In this document: piece after piece, positions 62,714 through 64,000 of the stretch
How the letters are laid out: each line of letters begins with the position of its first letter
Position numbering within the stretch: position 1 is the first letter of the stretch
From: Octopus bimaculoides
Taxonomy: Eukaryota
DNA length: 64,000 nucleotides
Assembly (NCBI RefSeq): GCF_001194135.2
Contig: NC_068993.1
Coordinates: 22,113,798 to 22,177,797, forward strand
Reading direction: 5' to 3'
Made by a program: the position numbers and the translations under genes
The notes under the pieces: model-generated
Seen by the model: the letters and a program-made list of their open reading frames with translations, nothing else
The model's database searches: none
What the model was told of the DNA's origin: nothing

Positions 62714-64000
62714 CATTTAGATATTTAGATGACTATCAGTGTAAGCTGGAAACTCTTGTCTGATTGTTTATGAGTTTATTTGTTTGTGCGCGTGCTTTAT
62801 TAGAAAAGTTCGTCCCTGTGCTTCGTTTTTTGTATTATCTACCCTAATATGTATTTCATATCAGCAAATACGATTTATATGAGGATTTAACCCTTAGTCA
62901 TAGATTTTTCGTGTAGACAACCTAGAACTTTTCTTAATATCAAGAATAAATTTCCTTTCCATTTCTATCAATCATACACAACGTGCGTTCATTATTGAAC
63001 TTTGTATTCATCTGAAAAATGTGATATTCAGTGTCAAAGTTCAAACTGACCAAATACATAATTCATTATTATATATTAAAAAAATAATAAAGCATTCTTT
63101 ACAATGTGCCGTTCAGCTGATTGGGTCTGCAAGTGTCAATTGGTTTGACCCTAACTTGATGTCCGTGTTGTTTTCTAGAATAAAATAGATTTCAAATACA
63201 AAAGCTAATATTTCATCGACTGACTTTAATAGCATTCAATTCCATTATGTCATAATCAATGCCTCTTTAGTCCTTATTATTCGAAGTTGTTGATATTGGT
63301 AGTATTCAATTTCATTTGACTATTACTTCTACTTGACAGAGAAAATCTGTGGAGCTTCGAACAAAGAGTTTTCCTCTTTAATTTGTGAGCTCAAATCCCA
63401 ACAGAATCGGATTTGACTTTCATCATTATAGAATGAGTAAAATAGAGTCGATTTTCTCGAATGCTACTAACTCCAAAATATGTAGACTTGATTTCTAACA
63501 TGAAAATCATTATGTATCTTCTTGTTCTTTTATTACTATGTTGTTATGTTAGTGTTGTTGCTGCTGACGTGTTATAATTGTGATTAAAACCTTGCAATTT
63601 CATTCATAGTCGTATTATTGATCTTTGTCTTTGGCTATTTTACTATTCTTACTATTGTAATTGTTTGTTTTTGCTTTGTCTTGTTTCTCCGTGCATTTTT
63701 TTCTTCTGGTTCTTAGACTTTTCGCGTGGTTTCACGACTTCAGTTTACTATCTTCTAGTTCAGTATCTTCTGGTGGTTTACTTGATCAAAATACTGATAT
63801 CTTCTCCTTTATTCCAAACAAAGTTTCTAATTTATTATCTGATATAAAAATAACTGGTTTTACCATTTGCTTCTTAGCTTTGATGAAAGGAATACCTAGA
63901 GCGGAATTAACAGATATTTTTGCCGGGAATGTGGTATAATTGATTTCAAAGAGCAGACTTGATGACACAGTAAAGCTAATAATTTAATAATCATTATTTC

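Noticed and set aside
357-63968. Most ORF-track entries (poly CV/HT/IY/N/K/E/L, X-rich)
   Set aside because: They are translations of microsatellites or N gaps, not genes.
63661-63968. Overlapping ORFs on both strands at the window end
   Set aside because: No recognisable motif, nearby in-frame stops, truncated context.

Overview
Repeat-saturated, AT-rich eukaryotic DNA with about 15 assembly gaps and dense (CA)n/(TA)n/(TAA)n/(GAA)n/(GATA)n microsatellites. The SINE families and simple-repeat load look like an Octopus (coleoid cephalopod) genome; this is inference. I cannot support any complete host protein-coding gene. Most listed ORFs are microsatellite or gap artefacts. Supported content: more than 20 copies of one tRNA-derived SINE plus two other SINE families; many fragments of an R4/Dong-type RLE non-LTR retrotransposon lying against (TAA)n arrays; a full-length decayed mariner (43.6-44.8 kb) and Tc1 (53.9-55.2 kb); maT/DD37D fragments; several MITEs; Penelope-like element (PLE) fragments; and at least four readable minimal type I hammerhead ribozyme motifs. 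The most unusual feature is a ~3.2 kb degenerate palindrome (23.4-26.7 kb). It consists of two head-to-head, intronless, pseudogenised paralogous ORFs of an unrecognised protein, centred on a perfect ATTTAAATTTAAAT palindrome, and is a candidate endogenous viral or unknown mobile-element gene pair. All translations, alignments and identities were done by eye and need computational confirmation.
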